From the NCBI RefSeq assembly GCF_028641065.1, contig NC_073401.1, positions 30,814,001-30,878,000 of the forward strand: a stretch of 64,000 bases of DNA, in the 5' to 3' direction. This DNA is from Leucoraja erinacea (taxonomy: Eukaryota). The position numbers and the translations under genes are program-made. A model generated the notes under the pieces. That model did not search any database. It saw only the letters and a list, made by a program, of their open reading frames with translations, and was not told the origin of the DNA. Positions 53,001 through 64,000 of this stretch are shown piece by piece (positions within the stretch are counted from its first letter, which is position 1; the number at the start of each line of letters is the position of its first letter).

Positions 53001-53108
53001 ATGAGAGTCCGCGCGTGGACACTGGCCGTGGCTGGAGCGCTGCTGGTCGTGGCCGGCACCGTGTTGCTGCTGGTCACTCCGGCCATCATGCGTCGGCAAG
53101 TGAAAGCG
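53001..53108 (+). CDS. SCARB1: SCARB1 exon 1 (MRVRAWTLAVAGALLVVAGTVLLLVTPAIMRRQVKA; N-terminal TM helix)
   Basis: Hydrophobic anchor followed by PxxxxxQVxx as in the CD36 family; GCG|GTGAGT donor, phase 0; CpG-rich context. Confidence 0.85.
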
Positions 53109-54863
53109 GTGAGTTTTGCTGTTGCGTTTCTCTGAGCGCATCTTAATTTTAGATGTTAATTCTCCTCCTATTCACCTTTAGGCGCAACAACTAAATATTA
53201 AGCTCCCCACGATTTGGTTTCGACGTTTCAACTGGTCAGTCAGATTTAACTCCGACACTTGCTTTCGGTTTTTGCTACTTGAGGCCAATAGTCTTCACTA
53301 AAGCTCCTCTATAATCTTTGGTCTTCACCCTACCATAGTTACCCAACCAGACGCAACTAAATTTAAGGTAGCTATTTTTCTCCAAGAACCCTCTTTTGCT
53401 CAAGTCCACCCTGCGCCAGCTCCAGTTTAAATTCCACTTGGAATATTTCTGGAGGACCAAGAAACCAAGAATAGGAATATTAATTTTGCTCTGAGCCACT
53501 TCCAGTTTAATTTGCTATTGTTGATGTGACTCCCGGCATGTGTAGTCAGTCTTTGAATAATTTGGGTTGGCATGCATGGTTTGTATGTCATTGAGCTGAA
53601 AGATTTATTAATGTTAATGAAAAAAAATATTGGTTTGCCTGAGGCTGAATATGCTGGCACTAATAACCCCTGTTTACTCCACGATGCATTATAATCACCC
53701 ATGCTTAGATACACCAATGGGATGAAAAATAACAGTTGGTCTCCAACATCAAAGCTTCCAGTAACATCCTATTCACGCCCTGAGAGAATGGTTTCACTGT
53801 TCTTGGAATTAGTAACCTACTTATTGGAATTAGTGCCCTACTTTAAAGCTGTTTGAGGGATTTGGTTCTTTAGTCTCTGGGAAGTGAGTAGGCGTTAGTT
53901 CAGTAAATGACTGTAAGACAACTCCCTACTTGGGTTTACAAAGAAAGCTGGAGAAACTCGGCAAAGCTGGAGAAACTCGGCGGGTGGGGCAGCATCTATG
54001 GAGAGAAGGAATGAGCGAGTTCGGTATAGGGAGGTTGCACAAAAGGTCAAAGGGCGTGATGCACGGAGTAGCTCAATCCTTCTGGAGTACAAGGCAGCTT
54101 CCGGCATACACTGGTAACACACAAAACACGTACGTACTTACCCGTTAAAAAAACGCCCAAATGGTCAATTTTTGTACTGCAAAAAAATGAGGAAATGGGG
54201 GTAACCGTGAGGGAAAACATCCAAAATCACTGCTGCGCACTGACTTGCGAAAGAGCAGCGTGCCGGCGGATTGAGAACAAGCCCTGGCCCACGACCACCC
54301 AGGGCTGAAGGGTAACTGAGCGCTCTGAACCCAAGCACCAAGGTGTAAGCAGCCGAAGCAGCAGATCACTCGGGACAGCCTCCACTCCTCCCCCCCCCCC
54401 CCCCCCCCCCCCCAGGGCCCTCGCCCTCCCCCCGTGCGGCCCCACTGTGGGTCGACAGTGCCCACACACATGGGGTCAGGTGGAGCGGGGCCACGGCTCC
54501 GGGCAGCGGACACACGGGGCCATAAACCCGTCAATGTCCGTGTCAGCTGCAGTAGAGTTGGGGACAGTCTGGTCCCTCCGCCCACCCAGAGTCATTGGCC
54601 GTGCTGCACCGGACCCCGACACCCACACCGGGGTGATTCACATCCCGGACCCCGACCTCCACCCCGTGCCGGGCTGTCTGTAGCCCCGCCACCGCATTTC
54701 AGCAGCCAAACACCGGCCGCGGTGGACAGACGTCCCAGGGTCCGTGAGTGTGGAAACCAGTCAGCGTGGAGTTCGGATGCTGGGTACTGGCAGCCACAGT
54801 AAGTGCTTACCTGACGTTCACTGCTTGTACTGCAGAAGGCGTTGCGTGGCATTAGTATGGAAT

Positions 54864-55508
54864 AGGGTGATTTCACCAAATGTCAAATGAGCGTAGATCC
54901 CCCCCTCACGTGACCGAAAATTTTAACTGGAGGACATATGTCAGATCGGTACATGTAAGTGAATGGGGAAACACGCACTTTCCCACCCGTTAAAAACATG
55001 GAAAACGGCCGATTTTTGAGCTGAAATTTTCTGTGCTAGTCGGGGTGACCGTGAAGCACAGCGACCTAAATTTTCAGGCAAAAAAAAAGATAGAAATTAA
55101 GGTAATTACAAGAGGGAATTTCATCAAAAGTAAGGCATTATTAACTTACTTTTGATGAAATTCAGTGAGCAAACGCGTTAATTCCCGATAGTTTGGATCT
55201 TAAAATCTCCATGGCAAATGTCAGCTGTTCACTTCCGCTGCTTTCTACCTTCAGTTCCCTCTTGTAATTACCTTACTTTCTATCTTTTATTTTGCCTGAA
55301 AATTTAGGTCGCTGTGCTTCACGGTCACCCCGACTAGCACAGAAAATTTCAGCTCAAAGATCGGCCGTTTTCCATGTTTTTAACGGGTGGGAAAGTGCGT
55401 GTTTCCCCATTCACTTACATGTACCGATCTGACATATGTCCTCCAGTTAAAATTTTCGGTCACGTGAGGGGGGATCTACGCTCATTTGACCTTTGGTGAA
55501 ATCACCCT
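54864..55508. mobile_element. Non-autonomous foldback DNA transposon A (~255-bp TIRs, AT flanks)
   Basis: AT|AGGGTGATTTCACCAAA ... TTTGGTGAAATCACCCT|AT. Arms ~54864-55118 and ~55255-55508 are near-perfect reverse complements. Confidence 0.88.
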
Positions 55509-55514
55509 ATAATA

Positions 55515-55628
55515 TGAGAGATACAAAGAGCGCGAGAGAAATAGACACAGAGAGACGTACAGAGAGACGAGAGAGAGAGAGAGATACGGAGAGAAAGACA
55601 GACAGACCGAGACAGACAGAGAGAAAGA
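55515..55628 (+). repeat. Degenerate (GA)n/(GACA)n microsatellite
   Basis: Read directly. Confidence 0.8.
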
Positions 55629-56010
55629 TATTAAATTTATAAAACTGACACTTCTTTATTTTTTCCTAGGGCCCGTAAAATGTGCCAAATAAATAATGTG
55701 GCCCTCATATTGAAAAGTTTGGAGGCCCCTGCTTTCAAGCAACATGTGCTAACCATAAAACTGCATGTTGGAAATCAGAAGGTGCCGGAACTACACACGC
55801 TGACAATATTTCCAGCGGGTTCTGTTTCATTGCATGCTCACAGAGGTAGATTGACCTGTCCCACTACTGCACAGTTTCTGTTTATAAATTTGCATTGCAC
55901 CAACTTACTAAATTAGGTTTAACACTAATCAAGAAGTAAAAACAAGGATCTGCAGATGCTGGTTTCCAAAAAAGGCAAAAAGCACTGGAGTAACTCAATT
56001 GGTGATGAAT

Positions 56011-56714
56011 AGGGTGATTTCACGAAAGGTCACTGGAGCGTAGATCCGCGGGTACATGTTCGTGAATGGGAAAACACGCACTTTCATACCCGTTAAAAAC
56101 ATCGAAAACGGACAGTTTTTGAGCTGCAATTTACTGTGCCAGTCGGGGTGACCGTGAGGCACGGCTACCTAAATTTACAGTCCAAAAAAAAGATAGAAAC
56201 TAAGGTAAAATCAAGAGGAGCTGAAGGTGCAAATCAAGCGGAAATGACAAGCGGACATTTGCTGTGGAGATTTAAAGATCCAAAATATCGGGAATTATCG
56301 GGTTTGCTCGCTGCATTTCATCAATAAAGATAAAAAAGTCAATAATGCCTTACTTTTGATGAAATGCAGCGAGCAAACGCGATAATTCCCGATATTTTGG
56401 ATCTTTAAATCTCCACGGCAAATGTCCGATAAGCATTTCCGCTGGATTTGCACCTAGAGCTCCCTCTTGAATTTACCTTAGTTTCTATCTTTTTTTTGGA
56501 CTGTAAATTTAGGTAGCTGTGTCTCACGGTCAAACCGACTGGCACAGTAAATTGCAGCTCAAAAACTGGCCGTTTTCAATGTTTTTAACGGGTGTGAAAG
56601 TGCGTGTTTTCCCATTCACTGACATGTACCGGATGTATAGCATGTCCTCCACTTCAGATTTTCGGTCACGTGGGTGCGGATCTACGCTCCAGTGACCTTT
56701 CGTGAAATCACCCT
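56011..56714. mobile_element. Non-autonomous foldback DNA transposon B, almost entirely palindromic
   Basis: AT|AGGGTGATTTCACGAAAGGTC ... GACCTTTCGTGAAATCACCCT|AT. Arms pair up to a ~31-nt loop at 56325-56355. It splits a Penelope pLTR repeat. Confidence 0.88.
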
Positions 56715-57340
56715 ATAGGTGACGTCTGATTCTGAAGAGGGGTCCCAACCCAAAACTTTGTCTATTCATGTTCTCCAGAGGTGCTGCTTGACCCGCTGAG
56801 TTACTCTCGCACTTTGTGTCTTTTTTAATTCTAATCAAGTATTCTAAGTAGGGACACAAACTAGTGCATAGATGGAAGTGTATTGTTCTCCGTACTTTAA
56901 AGAGTCCAGCAAAAGGATTTGTAGATTTAAAGTTAAATGTAAGAGGGATCAGAAAGCAAAAGAACTGTCTTCCAGCAGAGAATCGTAGAATAGTAAAGCA
57001 CAGAAACGGGCCCTTTCATATCATCTGCATTAGGCCTGCATCCTACTATGCCTTTCCTGAGAAACAGTCCAAATGCCTTTGAAGCGTTTTTTTTTTGTTT
57101 TTTTTAAAAGAGGCTGTTAAAGGAGCTGGAGATTAAAGATCCGCTCTATGATCTTTGCTGCAGATGCAGGAATCTTGAGCAAAATTCGACGCTGGAGGAA
57201 CTAGGCGGGTGGAACTGCTTCTGCAAAATTTGGATAAATTGTAATGGTCATATGTCTTTTGAGAAGGTGTCATTCAATTTGATGTTTAATGTTATATTTG
57301 CACCAACTGTGCTTGTCATGTCCATATTTGTCATGTGTAG

Positions 57341-57501
57341 AAAGTTCAGATTGACCCAGCAAGTGGTATGGCGTACACCATGTGGCGTGATATTCCCGTT
57401 CCCTTCTACATGTCACTCTACTTCTTCGAGGTTAAAAATCCACAGGAAATTCTACGTGGTGAAAAACCAGTTTTGGTTCAGCGTGGGCCTTATATTTACC
57501 G
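57341..57501 (+). CDS. SCARB1: SCARB1 exon 2 (KVQIDPASGMAYTMWRDIPVPFYMSLYFFEVKNPQEILRGEKPVLVQRGPYIYR)
   Basis: TAG acceptor, CG|GTAAGT donor, 161 nt; CD36-family NP..E...G.KP....GPY.Y motif. Read by hand. Confidence 0.95.
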
Positions 57502-57608
57502 GTAAGTGTCTCAATCAGCTATTTAATTTAAATTTTGGTATTTCTGTTTTGTGAAGTTTCAATAGAGTCATGAGTATTTTATTGTCATATGTCCCAAACA
57601 GTGCTATG

Positions 57609-58900
57609 AAATAGTAAGATTAAACGAGAACTTACCAGTTTGATCTTTATTTTATGAGAAGTTACGTCGAGGGACTACGTGAAGAAGGCCGTCCAGGCGC
57701 ATGCGCGTCAAACTTCAAAGCAGCGGTGTGAAATCACAGATGATATACTCCGAAGCATAATAGTAAGCTACGTGATACAAACTTAACTTACCTATGATCT
57801 TATTAGGGTGGGAGCGGAGGGCACGTAGTCCCTCGACGTAACTCTCATAAAATAAAGATCAAACTTCAAACTGGTAAGTTCTTGTTTAATCTTACTATTT
57901 TACTTCGGAGTCACGTGAGTGACTACGTGAAGATTTTAAAGCTTCTGTGATTTCAGGCCGTAGATTGGGTTCCGGCGTATCACTGCATTTTGCTTGACTC
58001 TATGAGTGAAAAACAGTCAATAACATGCAAACCATCATACTTGTTTAATTAATTAATGGTTTATTTTATGATAAAACATTATGTGTCCTAGAGACATTTA
58101 ATACTGAATTCAAAATAGTACCACCAAATACACCAGGGTCTACAATTTCTTTGTGATAATACTTGTGCAACATCCTTTCATTTTCCCAACCTGCAGCCGC
58201 AAGGATATGGTTTATTGGAACGTCCAAATCCTTGGAAACCAATGTTGCCGCCGCCTTGGTGGAATGAGGTTTAAATTTGTCAGTATCAATTCCTGCATCC
58301 AATAGTACCTTCTTCAGCCATCTTGAAATTGTCTGTGTTGTCACTTTTTTGTGTGGCTTTTATGGCTGATGAATAATCCAGATTCTACACCTCTAAGATG
58401 TTTGGTCTCAATGTAGTATTTTAAATATGTAACTACACAAAGTCTTTGATCTGCAGGATATGCTGAAAATCAATTTACACCCCGAGATTCCTGGTCTGCT
58501 CTGTTTTAGCAGGTCATAGACATAGAATGTAATTTCCTCTGTTTTCATTCCCATTCTGTCTATCCTTAACTTGTGTAATGTTTGTACTCTTTGAGCTGAT
58601 ACCAAAGCCCTTAACATGACTACTTTTATCGTAATTTTGTCTAACGACAAATTTGAGATGGGATCCCAATCCCTAAGTAGCATTAAAGATGCCCTTCATG
58701 TATCTACGTCAAAGGGTGTGATCCTAGAACTTGATGTTGCGATGGTCTCGATAAGTATACCAACAAAGCATTCCTTGCGGTGTTGATCACACTATAGCTT
58801 AAATGATCATCAAAATGTAATTTTGACAAATTTCTACAACATCTGAAGCGTCTGCAGTGTGGTAAGAAATATTTTGTGTTGAAGAAACTGTTCCCATTTC
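57609..58900 (-). mobile_element. DIRS1-type tyrosine-recombinase retrotransposon remnant (3' end)
   Basis: YR fragments ALVSAQRVQTL...LKQSRPG and TISRWLKKVL..AGID...HSTKAAA...AAGW......KYY. Inverted repeats at 57609-57681 and 57822-57900. Minus-strand terminus ends in TTT. Confidence 0.85.
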
Positions 58901-59955
58901 AACGTGAAAGAAGTTTGGCAAGTGTTCCCTGGAATGTGGTTCACCATGACTTCTTCGGTTAATTTGCTACTGTTTGCCCTGGTGTGGTAGAATCTTGGAA
59001 GAGTTGATGGGAATGTGGGTAGGATAAAATTGGATTAGTGTATATATGCTGACTGCTGTGAACGATCTTGTTTCTATGCAATACAAATCTCTGATACCAA
59101 AAACAATGCTACACAATTAGGTGGTAAATGGACTAAAGATTTCTTGATTGTTGATGAGGAAAAGCAATATGTTGACACATTGGTGTGAGGCTTTTGTACC
59201 GCCTGCCCAATGGTGGCAGCAAGAAGAGGGCAAAGCTTACATGGTGGGCATCATTTGAAAATGCCGGTCGGTCTAGCCTCCTTGCCCAAACCAACATGAC
59301 CTGATGCCTTAATAAATGCTTTATAGAGGAAAGGATTCTCATTCAGTGCAAGGTCGATCAGGTTGGACCTGCGTGCCTACATTTGAGGATCTTAAATTGA
59401 CTACAGCAAAAGTAGATACATTGACTGTAATCAGCTTGCGTATCCTGGATTCTGGAGAGATCCTAGAGGATTGAGAAATTTACTAATGTCAAGCCACTAT
59501 TCCAAATGGAGGGAGAAACAGCAGGACATTATAGTGCAGGTAATCTCATATTGGCCATTAGAAAACTGCTGAAATCCAATATGGAGAAAATAGTAGATGT
59601 TTAAAAAAATAATGGGATATTCAAGGAGAACCAATATGGGCTATTAAAAGGAAATTATGTTTCTTGAGGCATAATCACACAGAAGAACCATTGTGGGTAA
59701 TATGTTTGGATTTTCTGAGTATTTACTAAATCCATGTAAAGAGAAACATGCAAGAATATTGGACGGGGAATAGCTAACAAATATTGGATGGGGATTAGCT
59801 AACTAATGGAAAAAACATTTGGAATAACAGGGTCAGTCTAATTTGTCATCAGTAACTGGACTCGATGTTGGTGCCAATTTACGTTTTACAATAATGTATT
59901 GCATGAAGACTGTGCTGATAATACACTGTTGTGGTTTGTCTGCTTTACTTCACAG

Positions 59956-60097
59956 AGAATACAGGCAGAAAAGTAACATCACTTTTCACAACAATAACAC
60001 CGTCTCATACCGTGAATATCGTCGCTACTATTTCTATCCTGATGGGTCAGCTGGAAATGAAAGTGATGAAATTGTGTTGCCCAACATGCTTGTCTTG
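59956..60097 (+). CDS. SCARB1: SCARB1 exon 3 (EYRQKSNITFHNNNTVSYREYRRYYFYPDGSAGNESDEIVLPNMLVL); gene continues beyond the window
   Basis: TTCACAG acceptor, TTG|GTAGGT donor, 142 nt; closely resembles SR-BI EFRHKSNITFNNNDTVS. Confidence 0.95.
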
Positions 60098-62454
60098 GTA
60101 GGTATGAGCTACACACTTGTTCTTCATATGGAGAGCAGTTGAATTGGAATGAGGAGCAAAGCTGCCCATGATACCGCACTCTCCCCGCAGCTCTTCCTCT
60201 GTCTTTTCTCTGAGTTCTCTACCCCTTGCCCCTCCTGCCCACACACCACTCCCCCCCACAACGCTCCCGCAACGCCCCCGCCCCACTGTCTCCACAACCC
60301 CCCCGCCCCCACAATCCCTCTCTTGGTGTCTCTTTGTGGAGGAGGCAAGCAAAACGGTTTTTACCCCTTACCCCCCCCCCCCCCCACCCCCCGCCCCACA
60401 CGACACACCAAAAACACACATTAAAACACAAAAAAAAATTAAAAAGTTGAAAAAACTAACACGCTGCTAGCAGGGCTGCCGACTTCCAGCGCCCCCACCG
60501 ACCCAATGGAGTGTTTCATCCCATGGAGTGTCTCACCATACTCACCCCATGGAGTGTTTCAGTTGTCAAACATGCTCCTGATTACCCCACACCATTCTCC
60601 TTCGACAACTGCACTATCCTCATCAATCGCCTTCATGTCTTGACTGAAAATCACAGCCGTCCGATCAATTATTTTAGGATAAACCTTTCTAGAGAACACG
60701 CTACTTTTTGCTTCGGGAATTTTCAAAATATAGATTTTTGAATTTGGCGTTGGATTGGTACAAGGGGACTACAAACCATGTAATATCTATTTTTTGGACA
60801 CTAACTTTCTACATTTCTACTTTTGAGTATGTATGTGGCAATTATGGCTCATGGAATTTTCTCTCACGCTACTAGTTATATTCGTAACAACATATTTAAA
60901 TACGTGAAATTTTCGATCTTTCCGAACCCCTTAAAAAATGTCTGAAGAAGGGACCCGACCCTTAACGTCGCCTAGCCATTTCCTCCCTAGATAAACACAA
61001 CATGCTGGAGTAACTCAGCAGGTCAGGCAGCATCTCTGGAGAGAAGGAATAGGTGATGATTTGGGTCAAGACTCCTTTCGGACGCTCCATAGATCCAGCC
61101 TGACCTGCTGAGTTCTCCAGCACTTTATGTTTTGCTCTTAAAATAAATTAGTGGTCCGCTGAAGAAACTACATGATAAACCATTCTGGAAGTGCAAGTTT
61201 TGCTGTATACTTCATAGACCACATCATAATACATCTTGAGTGAATTTATGAGGTTAGAATTTTTTTTAATCCCCAGGGCCTGATGGTCTGCATCCCAGGG
61301 TACTTAAGAAATCGTGGACGCATTGGTGTTCATTTTCCAATGTTCTATTGATTCAGGATCAGTTCCTGTGGATTGGAGGGTAGCTAATGTTATCCCACTT
61401 TCATTCAGATCTTGAACTTTAAAATACTAATAGATTTAATCTGCTATAATTTATAGAGGTACAGTATGACTTTTTATATCCTTACATTTTTAAGCAGCTA
61501 GATCTTATTTGATCGGGTTTCACCAGGTTGTTACATTGGCGAAGTGGTATGTTAATGAACCAGAAGTCAGGTTGTGCATGCCATGATGGCGGCTGTGACG
61601 TTACGTTCTACGCCTCAGCAAAGATCATAGAAGGCTTGCTCTTGTATCTTTGCACCTCAGTGCATTAGATTACGCAGGAGTGGAGTATCTTCTTCTGCTC
61701 TGTGATCTTTGGACCTGACCCTCCACATCCAGTCCAAAGCCATGCTGACTAAGTCCCAACCTGCAATTATTACCTCTACGCTAAATGCCTTTAGTCCAAA
61801 TGGTACAGTAAAATTTTATCCAGTGTACAGTACATAGACAACGAAATGCATTTAGCATCTCATAGCAAACATTCAACTGAATGGTTCTTCACCGAGGTCA
61901 AAGAAGCTGTTCCTTACCTGCTGGTTCGGCAACGGAGAGACAGCGCCTCCCGGATGGTAGGAGGGTAAACAGAATGTTGGGGTGAGAGCTTAACGCCCTT
62001 GCACAGCGCTTACTAAAGACTATAACTGTATATTTTCACCACCCTCTGTGCCTTCCGGTCGGAGAAAGACAGTTGCCATATCCCTACTGTGATAAGGATG
62101 CTCTCGATGCAGCGGTAGAAGTTCACCAGGATGGCAAATATTATCTGTAGGAAGAAGAGACGCTGATGTTTTGATCAGAGTAGAGGTATTGTGGGTCCAA
62201 GATATTTTTTCCATCTCCGTCCCGTTAATGTGGATGGGCGTGGCGTTTTCTTATATATTTAAAATGAAGAGGGAGTAGAGGAGGGGCTCTCTTGTGAATC
62301 GCACTGTTGGATTGACTTTTAAATTTCATTGTACCATGTACCATGTGCAATGACAATAAAGAGATTCATTCATTCATACGTAGAGGTAATCGAGGGAATT
62401 GCAGGTTGGTGAACCTTATGTCTGTGGTAAGGAAGCAATTGGAGAGAATTTTGC

Positions 62455-62765
62455 ATTGTTAAAGTTCACGTATGGCTATGGGGTAGAAGCTGTCTCTGAG
62501 TCTGTTTGTGCGAGTTTTGAAAGACCTGTACCATCTGCCAGAGGGCAGCAGGTGGAACAGGTTGTGTCCAGGGTGGGTAGGGTCCTTCAGGATGTTGGCT
62601 GTCCTGCCAAGGCAGCGAGAGCTGAAGATGTCCTTCAGGGAGGGCAGTGGGCAGCCAGTGATTGTTTGTGCGGTGTTGATGACCCTTTGAAGGGCTCTCC
62701 TGTCCGCTGCAGAGCAGCTGGCATACCATGTGGTTATACAGTACGCCAGCACACTCTCGATGGAG
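62455..62765 (-). mobile_element. Rex1/Babar-type LINE 3' fragment
   Basis: IESVLAYCITTWY..CS..DRRALQRVI...ILKDPTHPGHNLFHLLPSGR...RLRDSFYP. Confidence 0.85.
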
Positions 62766-62924
62766 CTGTGTGGGCTTTCATCCTCCTGGTCCTCACCTGT
62801 TACTAGAGAAGTTGCAAAGATCTTCATCAGGGCTCCTGCAATCTCTTCTTCCTGAAGTACCTGGGTAGATCCCATCAGCTCTTGGGCAATTATCCACTTT
62901 AGTATTCAAGAGGCAAACCGTCGC

Positions 62925-63140
62925 CTTTAGTTTTAGTTTAGAGATAGTGTGGAAACAGGCCCTTCGGCCCACCAAGTCCGCACTTACCAGAGTTTCCCTG
63001 CACATTAACACACTGGATAATTTACACAAACGCCAAGTCAATTAACCTACAAACCAGTACGTCTTTGGTATGTGGGAAGAAACCGAAGATCTAGAACAAA
63101 ACCCACGGTCACAGGAAGAACGTACATACAGCACCCGTAA
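62925..63140 (-). mobile_element. tRNA-derived V-SINE (HE1-like), partial
   Basis: (TTTAG)n tail, GTGGAAACAGGCCCTTCGGCCCAC, and the reverse V-domain. Confidence 0.7.
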
Positions 63141-64000
63141 TCAAGCGAGTTCGGTATTCCGACTGCGCATGCTCGGGTCAAAGGTCATTTATGCATAAAC
63201 AGCTCTGTGAAGCAGTGGACCTTAATTTCTTCCGTTTTTTCCAACTTTGATTCTTCTTGGTAAGAAAATACTGCTTTCAAACTATGAAATAGTTGTATTT
63301 ATTGTTCCTTTGTTAAAAGCTGAGATTGTTTTGTCGTTTTTATTGCTTTATTATGCTTTGGTGAGTGAGCGAGATCGTGCTCATGCGTGGTCCAGTGCTG
63401 CCTGACCCGCTGAGTTACTCCAGCACTTTGTTTTGTCTGTTCCTAAATTCCTCGCCATTGCTTCGGACAACTTCCCAGCTGATCTAAATCATGATGTGGG
63501 TTAAGGCATTGCCTCATCAACTACAACACATCGAGGGTCCCATCACTGTTCTGGGAGTGCACCACTGGTCACAAACTTTACTTGGGAAAGCAAACTTTGC
63601 TCGCCCTCTGTCTCATATAAAATTGGATCCCACAGCTTTCACTTATTGGATCAGTTTATTGTCAAACCTTGTCAAAGGCCTCATTAAACTCCATGCAGAC
63701 AACTGCTACCATATTGCCCTCATCAACATACCTGGTTAGCTCTTCAAAACATTGTTACATTCGTGTCTGTTGTCAGAGTACCTAGCTTCACCATTCCCTC
63801 ACGCTGTGTTCTACACTCCAACTGCCCTCTTCCTCACATTCATCCTTCATCTCCTCTGACACTAAATCTATGCCCTATGTTCTGGCAACCTGGAGGCGCT
63901 ATCTGTTCCAGCTGTGACGTACGTAATGTTTTGCGAATGTGTGCTGTTGATCAGTGAAGGCAAACCCCCATATGCCTTCTTAACAAACTTACCTATATTT

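Noticed and set aside
52500-53146. Several long ORFs (up to 213 aa) on both strands with repeated GEESLGRRSH / GGGVTR motifs
   Set aside because: Stop-free translations of the minisatellite; only 53001-53108 fits a protein family and a splice site.
54811-54852. Minus-strand MPRNAFCSTSSERQ|GTAAGC as a possible first exon of a THAP transposase
   Set aside because: Lacks the second Cys and other THAP residues, and no downstream exon was identified.

Overview
Vertebrate genomic DNA, very probably an elasmobranch (skate/ray/shark), judged from HE1/V-SINE-type SINEs, CR1/HER1-type LINEs and abundant Penelope-derived repeats. Reading splice sites by hand gives four genes. (1) Complete TRMT2A, minus strand, 12 exons, about 604 aa, with one GC-AG intron. 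(2) Complete RANBP1, plus strand, 6 coding exons, 212 aa, head-to-head with TRMT2A across a ~370-bp CpG-rich promoter carrying YY1, ZNF143-like, CCAAT and E2F motifs. (3) A 4-unit polyubiquitin gene (UBC by position next to SCARB1) whose first unit carries a D52E substitution. (4) Exons 1-3 of SCARB1, with a 16/17-nt minisatellite just upstream of the ATG. Bases 1-1220 look like the 3' UTR of an upstream plus-strand gene (DGCR8 expected from synteny; not proven). Much of the non-coding DNA is mobile-element derived. The most notable non-genic signals are: a family of TSD-flanked, fold-back Penelope mini-insertions that pivot on a minimal hammerhead-ribozyme motif, with a parent GIY-YIG copy in the same window; a cluster of near-fully palindromic 650-700 bp AT-target foldback transposons in SCARB1 intron 1; and a DIRS tyrosine-recombinase remnant that keeps its ICR/ITR end. 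Repeat boundaries are approximate. No database searches were run; comparisons to human sequences are from memory.
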